Virus record (IMG/VR): IMGVR_UViG_3300028591_000071
Direction: 5' to 3' (one strand)
Source: a virus
Taxonomy: Duplodnaviria > Caudoviricetes
DNA length: 64,000 nt
A model generated the notes under the pieces. It did not search any database and was not told where the DNA came from. It was given only the letters and a program-made list of their open reading frames with translations. A program made the position numbers and the translations under genes. Numbering within the stretch: the first letter of the stretch is position 1; every line of letters begins with the position of its first letter. This document shows, in pieces, positions 49,026 through 58,133 of the stretch.

Positions 49026-49116
49026 TTTTGTGATACATATCTTATTTATAGAAAATGCACTTCCATTAAACAGGAAGTGCATTTTTGTTTTTACGATATA
49101 ATGATGTATATTTGCA

Positions 49117-51456
49117 TCATGCGTTCAGAAGCAATGACACGCATTCATTGACCATTTTCTTTATGTCAGATTCGTTTATGCGCATTGTATCAGGCTTTCC
49201 TTCTATCTTTCCAAGATATTCTCCGCTATTCGGGTCTATTACATGCCAAATATCGTTTTCATATTCGTCATATGACTTGTTAAAATAAAACTTTCCTTGA
49301 ACGACATCGTATTCGTAGATTTCCTTGGCAATGATTTTACCGGTGGATAAATTGACCAAATCGTTCAGTATGCTATCATCGTTAAAAGAATATCTCTCCA
49401 ATAGAGCAATCGCTCCCCAAACACGCCTGCGAACGAAATGTCCTTTGAATCTCGCCAAAACATCGCTTCCTCCGTCTACCGTTCCCCCGTTTGCGGACAC
49501 CACAAACGCGTGCGAGCAAATGTCGTCCGACCAATCGCTTGATTCTTCGTATGCCCTGCTTACAAAGTTTCGTTCAAAATCGTTCGTTCCATTGCATTCA
49601 ACATTAACCAACATTCTGTTTGTTTCCCTTGAGATAATCCTGAATATTCCAAAATCAAATTTTATTGGGTACCCCATTTTCGCCTCGTTATCGCTGCCGT
49701 GTTCAATAATGGCGTGGATAAGTTCATCGTCGTACATCCCATCATTGACACTCTTTTCAAGTGATGCCGTGGCCTTTTGTTCGAAGGTGATTACTCGTTC
49801 CTCCCAATAATCTTGCTCATTTTCTACCCCTTTGACTGTTTGTTCAATAAGTTCTCCGTACGGAATCTCTTGCAAGAGTTTGTTTAATGTTTCAGGATTT
49901 GAGAAAAGTGCGGCGACATCTTTCATATTCTTGTCCTTGTCAAGAAAGTCACAGCACGAATCAAGTTCCCCGTCTTCGTAGAATTGGCATTGGATGCTGA
50001 GTTGTCTGTTTTTCTTTGAAACGAACTGAACAAGGCAAGCATATCCTTCTGTTGTATAGTAGCAGAACATCTTGAAACCGTTATACCTTCCCGCAATGTC
50101 AGATGCCGTGCACCAGTGTGAGTCTCCGTAATATTTCTTTGATGCGGAATAACTTGTCGTACAGGTGACGAGCACATTATCGTCTTCAAATATCTTTATG
50201 AGCCCATTATCGGCGAATTTCATTTCTGTGTGATAAGGCATCTTTTCCGTTGTTTCAAGAAAACGAAGAAGTGAATGGAACGAAGGGTTTCTACCTCTTT
50301 TCTTCCACCCGTTTATCATGTCAATGACATATTGCCTTCCCTCGCCATCAAGTTTGTTCCAAACCCCAGGAACCTTCTCTGCGAGTTGTTGACTCCATCC
50401 ACCATAGTCCTTGAACATGGCATCTAGCGCGAGTTTATGGAGCGGGGTCATTGTCGGAGCACCGGACATGAATGCGTTCCACTGCTCAGGTGAAACCTTA
50501 TCCTTGTAAAATTTGTTGTATGCATCGGCTGAAGAAATCTCGTTGAGCATCGCCTTCTTGAACGCGGAGACAACCATCTCCTTCAAGTCATTTCTGGTCA
50601 TCTCCATAACGGTTCCGTTGTCAATCCTTGCCGTAAATTTAAATTTACCCAACTCATTTACAATCGGTTTACCTGTGATGTCCCAATATCTGTATGTTTT
50701 CATTTCGTGCTTGTATCCTTTTTCGAACAGTAGGCTTACCAAATCAGGGTCTTGTGATGTGAGGAGCCTCAGGCATCTTCCTTCCCTACTTTCAATCCTT
50801 TCCACTTCGCCGACAAGATTCCAATTATTGGCATTCATGAGCCTAACTTCTCCGTTTTTCATATACATGACTACGACAATAATCCTTGAGGCTTTTGCCG
50901 CCGCTCTTCTTTTTTTCTTTTCGGCGAACACGGAATTGAGTTCCATCTCGTTCATCTGCTCAGCCTTCGCAATCCTTTCTACGGTGAAGAACTCGTTTGA
51001 CTTTTGGCTGACTCGGAACGCTATAGACTTGAATTCATTGCCGTGGTGCTGAACGGGCCTCCATCCATCCATGTTGCAATAATAATGGCACATCTCATGA
51101 ATCAATGTGCTGAGCGCAGCCTTTTTTGACCACTTATAATTGCCGTTCAGTTCAATGCGAGGCTTGCAGACCGATGCGAAATTTTCTTTCGTGATGTAGT
51201 TTTTGTCGCCCCACATATCCTTTGTAAACATCCTTCTTGAACTCTTGGAAACATATATGCCGGTGCCGGTTATCTTGAACCAACCAAGAACACCGCCCTC
51301 TGCGCCCTTTCCTGTTGTGAAGAGCCCGAATGAACAATCTCCAAGTTTTCCGTCAAAGTAAGATGTGTTCAACCTGTTATACTCCGTCTGAATCCAAGCG
51401 GGGGTAAGGTCAATTACATCATTCTCATCAAGTTCGTTTATCAGGTCGTATTTCAT
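49117..51456 (-). CDS. Tagged SprT-like protease plus WCT (PcfJ-like) domain protein
   Basis: TLIHEMCHYY, HGNEF; SHWCTAS; tags MTRNDLKEMV and INESDIKKMVNECV. Confidence 0.8.
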   Translation of the reverse strand: MKYDLINELDENDVIDLTPAWIQTEYNRLNTSYFDGKLGDCSFGLFTTGKGAEGGVLGWFKITGTGIYVSKSSRRMFTKDMWGDKNYITKENFASVCKPRIELNGNYKWSKKAALSTLIHEMCHYYCNMDGWRPVQHHGNEFKSIAFRVSQKSNEFFTVERIAKAEQMNEMELNSVFAEKKKRRAAAKASRIIVVVMYMKNGEVRLMNANNWNLVGEVERIESREGRCLRLLTSQDPDLVSLLFEKGYKHEMKTYRYWDITGKPIVNELGKFKFTARIDNGTVMEMTRNDLKEMVVSAFKKAMLNEISSADAYNKFYKDKVSPEQWNAFMSGAPTMTPLHKLALDAMFKDYGGWSQQLAEKVPGVWNKLDGEGRQYVIDMINGWKKRGRNPSFHSLLRFLETTEKMPYHTEMKFADNGLIKIFEDDNVLVTCTTSYSASKKYYGDSHWCTASDIAGRYNGFKMFCYYTTEGYACLVQFVSKKNRQLSIQCQFYEDGELDSCCDFLDKDKNMKDVAALFSNPETLNKLLQEIPYGELIEQTVKGVENEQDYWEERVITFEQKATASLEKSVNDGMYDDELIHAIIEHGSDNEAKMGYPIKFDFGIFRIISRETNRMLVNVECNGTNDFERNFVSRAYEESSDWSDDICSHAFVVSANGGTVDGGSDVLARFKGHFVRRRVWGAIALLERYSFNDDSILNDLVNLSTGKIIAKEIYEYDVVQGKFYFNKSYDEYENDIWHVIDPNSGEYLGKIEGKPDTMRINESDIKKMVNECVSLLLNA

Positions 51457-51621
51457 CGGCGTACAATTATTTTAAAATAAATAGTTCGTGGCATTTGTTT
51501 ATCTGGCATGGTTTTTGTATTATATTCATTGAAATTAATTGAAGCGATATGAAAATTATTGGATTTGGTGTCATCATCTTGCTTGGAGCAATTTGGTGGA
51601 GTGTAAAAGAAAGTGAATAGT

Positions 51622-52125
51622 ATGAAGAATTTCCCTATTGAAAAAGACGGAAAGACCTATTGGGTAAGCCGTTCCGTCGCGGCTGTTGCTTATGTTTTTT
51701 CTTATGATGAGAACGGGAAGATGTGTGTCCTTGCCAATAAGCGGGGGCCCGGCCTTCCTAACAATATAGGAAAGTGGAATTGTCCGAGCGGATTCCTTGA
51801 CTATGGGGAAACAATCAGGCAATGTGCGATGAGGGAGGTATTTGAAGAGACGGGTGTCCGTATAAACGAAGACGACCTTAAGTTGTATGCCGTTGACGAC
51901 AATCCGAATCGTTCAAATCAGGTTGTTCTTTTCCGCTATTATGCAAAGGCAGACCATTCGGAGAAATTGACAAACGAAAACTGCGAACCAAACGAGGTTG
52001 AAGAGGTCAAGTGGATTCCGCTCGACGAGATTGGGAATTACGATTGGACATCGGACATCCATGTCAGGGCACTTTTTTCTTGCGCAAATGCAGTTGTTAC
52101 CGGAGGCAAAGTGACTGTATTTTGA
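51622..52125 (+). CDS. Nudix hydrolase
   Basis: Nudix box GFLDYGETIRQCAMREVFEETG. Confidence 0.9.
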   Translation: MKNFPIEKDGKTYWVSRSVAAVAYVFSYDENGKMCVLANKRGPGLPNNIGKWNCPSGFLDYGETIRQCAMREVFEETGVRINEDDLKLYAVDDNPNRSNQVVLFRYYAKADHSEKLTNENCEPNEVEEVKWIPLDEIGNYDWTSDIHVRALFSCANAVVTGGKVTVF

Positions 52126-52176
52126 AAAGTTAGATGAATTTTGTATATTTGCGATATAGAAAATTAAAGAACAAAG

Positions 52177-52296
52177 ATGAGTAAAAAAGATATTTTGAAC
52201 GAGATTAAGTATCAGATGAATGAAGGATGTTCCGACTGCTTTGATTTCATTGATTGGCTCAGGGACTTCATTGACGAACAACTTGACGAATTTTAG
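52177..52296 (+). CDS. Small hypothetical protein (39 aa)
   Basis: Read manually; first ORF after TATATTTG at 52144. Confidence 0.5.
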   Translation: MSKKDILNEIKYQMNEGCSDCFDFIDWLRDFIDEQLDEF

Positions 52297-52299
52297 GAT

Positions 52300-52518
52300 A
52301 TGACTAAGGAAGAAAAGAGAGAACAGTTTGCCCCGAAACGGTGGTCGTTATATTGCAACGATGTATTTGTTGCTTCGTTTGCATCACATACGGAAGCAAA
52401 ACACGCGCTCTATAATAAGTGTGAAGAAATAAAAAAGCATCCACGCAAATATCGCGGAAAATATTACACAATAAAACCAGACGAAAATGACACAGGAAGA
52501 GAAACGGGTTTTAATTAA
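52300..52518 (+). CDS. Hypothetical protein
   Basis: 72-aa ORF starting MTKEEK. Confidence 0.6.
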   Translation: MTKEEKREQFAPKRWSLYCNDVFVASFASHTEAKHALYNKCEEIKKHPRKYRGKYYTIKPDENDTGRETGFN

Positions 52519-52648
52519 CTGGTGTAAAAAGAAAAAGAAAGAATTTGATTGGTATCCTCTTACTATGCGTAATATTATATCCGGCAATCCGAACAAAGAC
52601 AAAATAGAGTTGCTTGATGAATTTATTGAAAAAATATCAGAGTTATGA
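52487..52648 (+). CDS. Small hypothetical protein (53 aa) with MTQEEK start
   Basis: Read manually; ATGA overlap with the next gene. Confidence 0.55.
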   Translation: MTQEEKRVLINWCKKKKKEFDWYPLTMRNIISGNPNKDKIELLDEFIEKISEL

Positions 52649-53013
52649 CACAGGAAGAAAAACAAATATTACTAAAAGACCTTTGCTCAAGGTTGTTTTA
52701 TGGAGTTAGAGCAAGATTTTGCGATGGGGTAAAAGAGGAGATAGATGATGTTTGGGACATTGATATGTTCAGTGGTGCAATCAATGCAGATTATATCATT
52801 GATGATGTCAAACCTTATCTCCGTCCAATGTCTTCTATGACCGAGGAAGAGAAGGATGAGTTATTAAATCTTCGTAAGGAAATGAATATGCACATGCATC
52901 CGTGGATTGATAGAATATTGGATTTTTATCTTTCTCACCATCTAGACTGGCGTGGTTTGATTCTCCTTGGACTCGCTCTTGAAGCACCGGAGGGCATGTA
53001 TAAAACTGAATAG
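52645..53013 (+). CDS. Paralog family A (YopX-like appearance), copy 1
   Basis: MTQEEKQ.LL.DL, KPYLRPMSSMTEEE, GLALEAPEGMY. Confidence 0.8.
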   Translation: MTQEEKQILLKDLCSRLFYGVRARFCDGVKEEIDDVWDIDMFSGAINADYIIDDVKPYLRPMSSMTEEEKDELLNLRKEMNMHMHPWIDRILDFYLSHHLDWRGLILLGLALEAPEGMYKTE

Positions 53014-53019
53014 AACATT

Positions 53020-53478
53020 ATGTGCTTACTTACCACCCGCCAAACACCACTTGTCGCTGCTAACCCTATAAGAGTCTATAAGGTCCTGGAGGTGATGCCT
53101 CCACAATTGTCCTGTAGAACCCCATTCAGACATTTCGATATAGCGTTCGATGAGGAAGGAAAATGTGAACTAAAAGCAGAAATAGAAGGGCAAAAATTTT
53201 CAACTGGCGTGTTCGTTGTCCAATCCGGAATACATTCATTCCGTAAACAATGGGCGGCAGAAGAATTAACAAAGGATATCGCACCATCCATACACATGGG
53301 ACGGCATAGCAAAGCTAAAGTCTTCTATGCAATAATCCCAACGGGAAGTGAATACTACCTCGGCGAGGATGAGGATATAGTGGCAAACCACATGATTATC
53401 TTCAAAAGACACGACCTTATGAGGGACTATATGAACAAACAAGACATTACACATAGAAAATATGACACAGGAAGATAA
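53020..53478 (+). CDS. Hypothetical phage protein
   Basis: VYKVL, GIHSF, AIIPTGSEYY. Confidence 0.75.
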   Translation: MCLLTTRQTPLVAANPIRVYKVLEVMPPQLSCRTPFRHFDIAFDEEGKCELKAEIEGQKFSTGVFVVQSGIHSFRKQWAAEELTKDIAPSIHMGRHSKAKVFYAIIPTGSEYYLGEDEDIVANHMIIFKRHDLMRDYMNKQDITHRKYDTGR

Positions 53479-53911
53479 ACAACTATTACTCATAACACTT
53501 TGTGGTATGTTGCCTTATGGGGTAAATTTGCACATAGAGTTTTATGATTTGCAGGGCGATGGAAAACTTGCAAACAGGGATATAAAATTAACTCCGGGCA
53601 ATATCGCCTATTGCTTTGATAACAGCCATTGGGTGAGTGTCAAACCTTATCTTCGCCTTATGTCAAGCATGACTGAAGAAGAGAAAGATGAACTCAATAA
53701 TTTATTTAATGGTACATTTCAATATTTCAATCAAAGGGTTATTTCAGCTGAATGGGATAACAATGAGGCAGTTTTTGTTGGAGAACTTGATTGCTCAAAG
53801 TTAATTGATTGGCTCAATGCCCATCACTTTGACTACCGTGGGTTAATTGAGAAAGGTCTTGCTCTTGAAGCACCGAAGGATATGTACAAAACTGAAAAGA
53901 TATGGAAGTAG
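53462..53911 (+). CDS. Paralog family A, copy 2
   Basis: Same three conserved blocks as copy 1. Confidence 0.8.
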   Translation: MTQEDKQLLLITLCGMLPYGVNLHIEFYDLQGDGKLANRDIKLTPGNIAYCFDNSHWVSVKPYLRLMSSMTEEEKDELNNLFNGTFQYFNQRVISAEWDNNEAVFVGELDCSKLIDWLNAHHFDYRGLIEKGLALEAPKDMYKTEKIWK

Positions 53912-54075
53912 TAGCAAATAAACATTCAAAGAGATACCCGATAGAAATAAACTTTCAGGATGTTGATAAGGAAGTTTCAGTTGTTTTTTCATTGGAAAAT
54001 GCAAAAAAGTTGTTGTCTGACTTGGGCGCGGCAATTAAAGAGATAGAAAATGGGATTGGCATTGGAAGCACCTGA
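53902..54075 (+). CDS. Small hypothetical protein (57 aa)
   Basis: Read manually; ends inside an out-of-frame family A 3' repeat. Confidence 0.5.
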   Translation: MEVVANKHSKRYPIEINFQDVDKEVSVVFSLENAKKLLSDLGAAIKEIENGIGIGST

Positions 54076-54093
54076 AGATATGTACACACAGAT

Positions 54094-54321
54094 ATGAACA
54101 GGAAAGACGAAATCATCATCGAAGCCGAGAAGGACCTTCTCGACCTCATAACAAGACTCAAGGGACTCCATGGGGCTTACGTCCGTGAACGTGACTACTG
54201 CGCCATACGGAACCTTGCACTGGCAGCTAACAACATAAAGAAAGACTGCATGAGAATCATGGACACCTTCGATTTCGTGGAACCCAACATGAGGGACAAT
54301 GACCGCGACCTGCTGAGGTGA
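54094..54321 (+). CDS. Hypothetical protein
   Basis: 75-aa ORF. Confidence 0.6.
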   Translation: MNRKDEIIIEAEKDLLDLITRLKGLHGAYVRERDYCAIRNLALAANNIKKDCMRIMDTFDFVEPNMRDNDRDLLR

Positions 54322-54527
54322 CAAAAAAGATTTAGTTCTTGGAACACCTGAAGGAATGTATTAAAGCATATGAAAATAAAAGAACTTATTTGGAAACTAA
54401 TAGAGCCCAGCGTGAAAAGAAAGCGTGCATATTATGAGGGGCTTTGGTGTAAAGGAAAAATGTCTGCCGGGGAAATGTGTGAGAAAGTTGCAAATCTTTA
54501 TAGATTAAAACCCTAATATGAATAGAT

Positions 54528-54764
54528 ATGAATAAGATTTTACTTAACAGTTACGATGGTTTTGTCTCTTTTGTAGATGCTCATACCGGTAACATTCCCG
54601 GACACGGAAATGTCGTATCTGATTTTTGGACAAGCCCTGAAAAATATCCTTGTGTGGTCATTTGGGGTATTAGATATGATGGGAATGGTCCTGATGAACT
54701 ATATGGGGAGTTTGTTTATTTAGATGATTTTGAAGCACCTGAAGATATGTATAAAACTGAATAA
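54528..54764 (+). CDS. Hypothetical protein ending in the family A C-terminus
   Basis: Unrelated body ending EAPEDMYKTE. Confidence 0.65.
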   Translation: MNKILLNSYDGFVSFVDAHTGNIPGHGNVVSDFWTSPEKYPCVVIWGIRYDGNGPDELYGEFVYLDDFEAPEDMYKTE

Positions 54765-54770
54765 ATTATT

Positions 54771-54953
54771 ATGAAATTCCGTCAGGCAAAAAAGATAGTT
54801 GAACATTGTGACAAATATCGTGGATGGTATCATGGAACACCTCATTGGTATAAGAAGGCTGTACAGGTATATGTTCATCACAAAAAGCGAAGCAATTGGC
54901 ATTTCTATGAATCAAGAAGAATTATCAACAAGCAAGGACAAATAATAATATGA
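54771..54953 (+). CDS. Small basic protein
   Basis: MKFRQAKKI; overlaps the next start. Confidence 0.55.
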   Translation: MKFRQAKKIVEHCDKYRGWYHGTPHWYKKAVQVYVHHKKRSNWHFYESRRIINKQGQIII

Positions 54954-55309
54954 TTACCGAAGATTATGTAAGCTTTGAAACAGCAAAGATTTTGAAGGAA
55001 AAAGGGTTTGATGAAGAATGCATCTATGTTTATCGTCACGACGGTTCGGAAGATATTTGGGATGCTGATGAAGAAGATATTGCATGTCAGAAGCCAACCC
55101 TCCAAATGGCTATGAAATGGTTAAGGGAAATTCACGATATTGATATTGTTGTTACATTACACAGGCCGGATAATACTAAATGGTATCTTTGGGACGCTTA
55201 TACCGATTCAGATGTCCATTATTCCAAATTTATTAATGGGTATGCGTATCGTAAAAATGAGGAAGCATGTGAAGCAGCAATAAAGTATTGTCTTGAAAAT
55301 TTGATTTAG
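54950..55309 (+). CDS. Paralog family B, copy 1
   Basis: MITEDYVSFETAK.LKEKGF, PTLQMAMKWLRE, EACEAAIKYCLENLI. Confidence 0.8.
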   Translation: MITEDYVSFETAKILKEKGFDEECIYVYRHDGSEDIWDADEEDIACQKPTLQMAMKWLREIHDIDIVVTLHRPDNTKWYLWDAYTDSDVHYSKFINGYAYRKNEEACEAAIKYCLENLI

Positions 55310-55311
55310 AT

Positions 55312-55629
55312 ATGACACAGGAAGAATTAGACAGATATTGCAGGCAATACCTTTTGGATGTTCTTACTTACGAAGAATATCACAGCATGGGGCTCGACGG
55401 CTTCCGTGACTATGCGAAGGAACACATCATCCCAATCCCGAAGGCGGAACTTGTTGTCGGGCAGGAATACCCCGGTCACTGCAGGAATGCAAGCAGGGCG
55501 ACTTGGGACGGAAAGAAGTTTCATTATGAAAAATATGAGTTTGGCACGGTTTTTGAAGAAACTATAAATCACTACGAGGACGATGACAAGATAGGAATTG
55601 ATGTGTTCGTCCCGATAAAGGAAATTTAG
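55312..55629 (+). CDS. Hypothetical protein with MTQEE start
   Basis: 105-aa ORF; YPGHCRNA. Confidence 0.7.
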   Translation: MTQEELDRYCRQYLLDVLTYEEYHSMGLDGFRDYAKEHIIPIPKAELVVGQEYPGHCRNASRATWDGKKFHYEKYEFGTVFEETINHYEDDDKIGIDVFVPIKEI

Positions 55630-55646
55630 GCATAAAAGTATGTAAT

Positions 55647-56009
55647 ATGGAACAGGATAAAAAGAAAGTACTTGTCCCGTGGGATGAATATCAGGGACTG
55701 TTAAAAGATAGCGAAGCCCTTAAAGAAGCGAGGGAAGAATTGAAGAAAGACAGCAAGGAGCGTGGAGTTTATATGGAACACAAAATATATCTGTCAACCG
55801 AAAACCTTACAGGTCTTTCCTACATTAGTTCTGACATTCCCCGTCTGTCAATCATATCAAAGGAAGAAGGCCTTAAAGAGGCGCAGAATGAGATAGACAG
55901 GCTCTTGGTGGTGGTTAAAAACGTTAAGGATATTGCCGAGCAGCGCGAAAAAACTATTGACCGTCTCAGAAGTAGGAACCTATGGCAAAGGATTATTAAC
56001 AAACGGTAA
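55647..56009 (+). CDS. Coiled-coil protein, paralog family C
   Basis: KKVLVPWDEY...AQNEI...LWQRI; similar to 56298-56732. Confidence 0.7.
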   Translation: MEQDKKKVLVPWDEYQGLLKDSEALKEAREELKKDSKERGVYMEHKIYLSTENLTGLSYISSDIPRLSIISKEEGLKEAQNEIDRLLVVVKNVKDIAEQREKTIDRLRSRNLWQRIINKR

Positions 56010-56060
56010 TTTAGCGGCAGTATGAAAGCTTCTGAAGAAACGTATAAAACTGAATAAGGT

Positions 56061-56279
56061 ATGACTTACATTATTATAACCGTTGCGTTTGTACTTGGGT
56101 TACTCTGTTATGCGGTTGATAACATAATCACGAAATCAAATGCTTTTCGTGAATTAAGAAAGACTCATTGGGAAACCGTCCTGAATTTAAAAACGTGGCT
56201 TAGTATTTTCATTATTCTGTGTGCAGCTGTTATTACATTAACTGTAATATTTGGTGTAATTGGCGGAATTATTTTATAA
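56061..56279 (+). CDS. Small two-TM membrane protein
   Basis: Two hydrophobic segments. Confidence 0.6.
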   Translation: MTYIIITVAFVLGLLCYAVDNIITKSNAFRELRKTHWETVLNLKTWLSIFIILCAAVITLTVIFGVIGGIIL

Positions 56280-56297
56280 AAATGAGAAAAATATAAT

Positions 56298-56732
56298 ATG
56301 GAAACAACAGATACAAAGAAAGTGACACTCCCAATGTCGGAGTACGAATACCTCAAGGCGAGGGAAAAGGAAGCGGACGATATTAAGGCTGAACTCTTAA
56401 AGGAAGACAAGGAACGGAAGTATATCGTTATCAATGCAAGAGACCTTTATTATCGGGGAAAGGTCAATAAGTACATGGAAATATGGTCCGAGTCAGAAGT
56501 CTTAAGGGACGCACAGGATGAAATTAGCTACATGGACACAATGCTGAACAGGGCTAATAAAACCATTGACTACTGCCGTGAGGAAATCCGCAAAGGAAAC
56601 CACAACAAGGCTTGTCTTTATGATACCCTTATGGAGTGTAGGAAAATGACATTCTGTGAAAGGATTTTCAAGTGGAGGAAGATGAAGAAGAAGATGGAAG
56701 ATGTTTTAAATGAAGATTCTAAACGAATTTAG
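56298..56732 (+). CDS. Coiled-coil protein, paralog family C
   Basis: KKVTLPMSEY...AQDEI...FCERI. Confidence 0.7.
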   Translation: METTDTKKVTLPMSEYEYLKAREKEADDIKAELLKEDKERKYIVINARDLYYRGKVNKYMEIWSESEVLRDAQDEISYMDTMLNRANKTIDYCREEIRKGNHNKACLYDTLMECRKMTFCERIFKWRKMKKKMEDVLNEDSKRI

Positions 56733-56736
56733 AAAT

Positions 56737-56916
56737 ATGATTACTGAAGATTACGTTTCCTTTGAAACAGCCAAACTCCTTAAGGAAAAGGGGTTTGATA
56801 AAAAATGCTTTACTGTTTACAATAATAATCATGAATATCGTTCTTCAGATTATTTTGACTCTTATGAAGAAGCCTGTGAGGCAGGCATTAAATATTATCT
56901 TGAAAATTTGATTTAA
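56737..56916 (+). CDS. Paralog family B, internally deleted copy
   Basis: Keeps both end blocks, lacks the PTLQMAM block. Confidence 0.65.
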   Translation: MITEDYVSFETAKLLKEKGFDKKCFTVYNNNHEYRSSDYFDSYEEACEAGIKYYLENLI

Positions 56917-56918
56917 CA

Positions 56919-57365
56919 ATGGGATTGCCAAAAAGAGATTTATACGTTACATACCTTGGTGATGACAAAACCCTGTTTTTTTCTACATGGGTGCCACCAA
57001 AGAATAAAGACGGGGAATACTATCATCCATCCGATGTACCAATAGGGCTTGATATGTTCATTCCGAATGTACTCAATATGAAGCGTGATGAGGGGCCCGT
57101 TAAAGTTAAGGTGGTTAAGTCAGATAAGGAAACAGGATTATGGCTTATATGCTATAATGATTGTTTCGGAAACGAAACACATCTTCACAATTACAAGCCA
57201 AGATTCAAACCAGATGCAAAATATCCGAAGATTGATTTCGATTATGAAGATTCGCTTTATGATACAATGGACTATGAGCCTTGGTCAATCCACGTATGGG
57301 CTGAGGACTTTGGCATGAAAGCTGGTGACGGTCCAATACCAGTAACCCTTGAAGTATTGCCTTAA
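56919..57365 (+). CDS. Hypothetical protein
   Basis: 148-aa ORF with a weak internal duplication (MKRDEGPVKV / MKAGDGPIPV). Confidence 0.7.
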   Translation: MGLPKRDLYVTYLGDDKTLFFSTWVPPKNKDGEYYHPSDVPIGLDMFIPNVLNMKRDEGPVKVKVVKSDKETGLWLICYNDCFGNETHLHNYKPRFKPDAKYPKIDFDYEDSLYDTMDYEPWSIHVWAEDFGMKAGDGPIPVTLEVLP

Positions 57366-57384
57366 AAAATTGATTTAATAAACT

Positions 57385-57984
57385 ATGGATAATAGCCAAC
57401 TATCAGAGCAGATAAACAAGAAATACGCCTCCCTGAAACGTCACGAGGCAAATGTAGAACGCTTGCTCAACAAAGAACCGTTCACAGAATTTGACAATAA
57501 AAAGTTGCACAGGGAAAAATATATGGTAAGGAAAATACGCAAGGCGATTTCCGATATTGAAGAACACCTCAAAAATAAGAATATGATTACAGAAGATTAC
57601 GTTTCCTTTGAAATTGCAAAACTCCTTAAGGAAAAGGGGTTTGATGAAGTTACTTCAAAGTGGTATTTGAAATATAAAGGAGAATATTCCCTCGTTTCAA
57701 GAGGAAGTGCTGAACATACAGATGATTCCATTGATGTCCCAACTCTTCAAATGGCAATGAGGTGGCTGAGAGAAGTACATCACTTGTTCATTGGTGTTGA
57801 ACCGAGACTGAGCTTTACCGACTACTACTGGATAACAGCTAATGTGTACAGAGTAAGAAAAAAGAACAGTTTATACCATGCCGAGCCTGTAGATGACTAT
57901 AGCTGCGTGGCTTGCTGCGATGGGGATTCTTTTGAGGACGCCTGTGAAAAGGCTATTAAGTATTGTCTTGAAAATTTGATTTAG
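57385..57984 (+). CDS. Helical N-terminal domain fused in frame to family B copy 3 (internal ATG 57583)
   Basis: MITEDYVSF begins at residue 67. Confidence 0.75.
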   Translation: MDNSQLSEQINKKYASLKRHEANVERLLNKEPFTEFDNKKLHREKYMVRKIRKAISDIEEHLKNKNMITEDYVSFEIAKLLKEKGFDEVTSKWYLKYKGEYSLVSRGSAEHTDDSIDVPTLQMAMRWLREVHHLFIGVEPRLSFTDYYWITANVYRVRKKNSLYHAEPVDDYSCVACCDGDSFEDACEKAIKYCLENLI

Positions 57985-57986
57985 AT

Positions 57987-58130
57987 ATGACTAAAGAACA
58001 AGCAATAGAACAACTTGAACAATCCATAGATGGGTGGTACGAGTTTTGGGATGATGCTTCTCATCATATATCTGAAAAGGATATTGAAGCGATACAGATT
58101 TTGATTGAAATCGCAAAAAATAGTAAATAA
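57987..58130 (+). CDS. Small protein (47 aa) starting MTKEQAIE
   Basis: Read manually. Confidence 0.5.
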   Translation: MTKEQAIEQLEQSIDGWYEFWDDASHHISEKDIEAIQILIEIAKNSK

Positions 58131-58133
58131 TAT

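Noticed and set aside
55541-55557. Additional sigma54-like motif TTGGCACGGTTTTTGAA
   Set aside because: Lies inside a CDS and has a poor -12 element; may be chance
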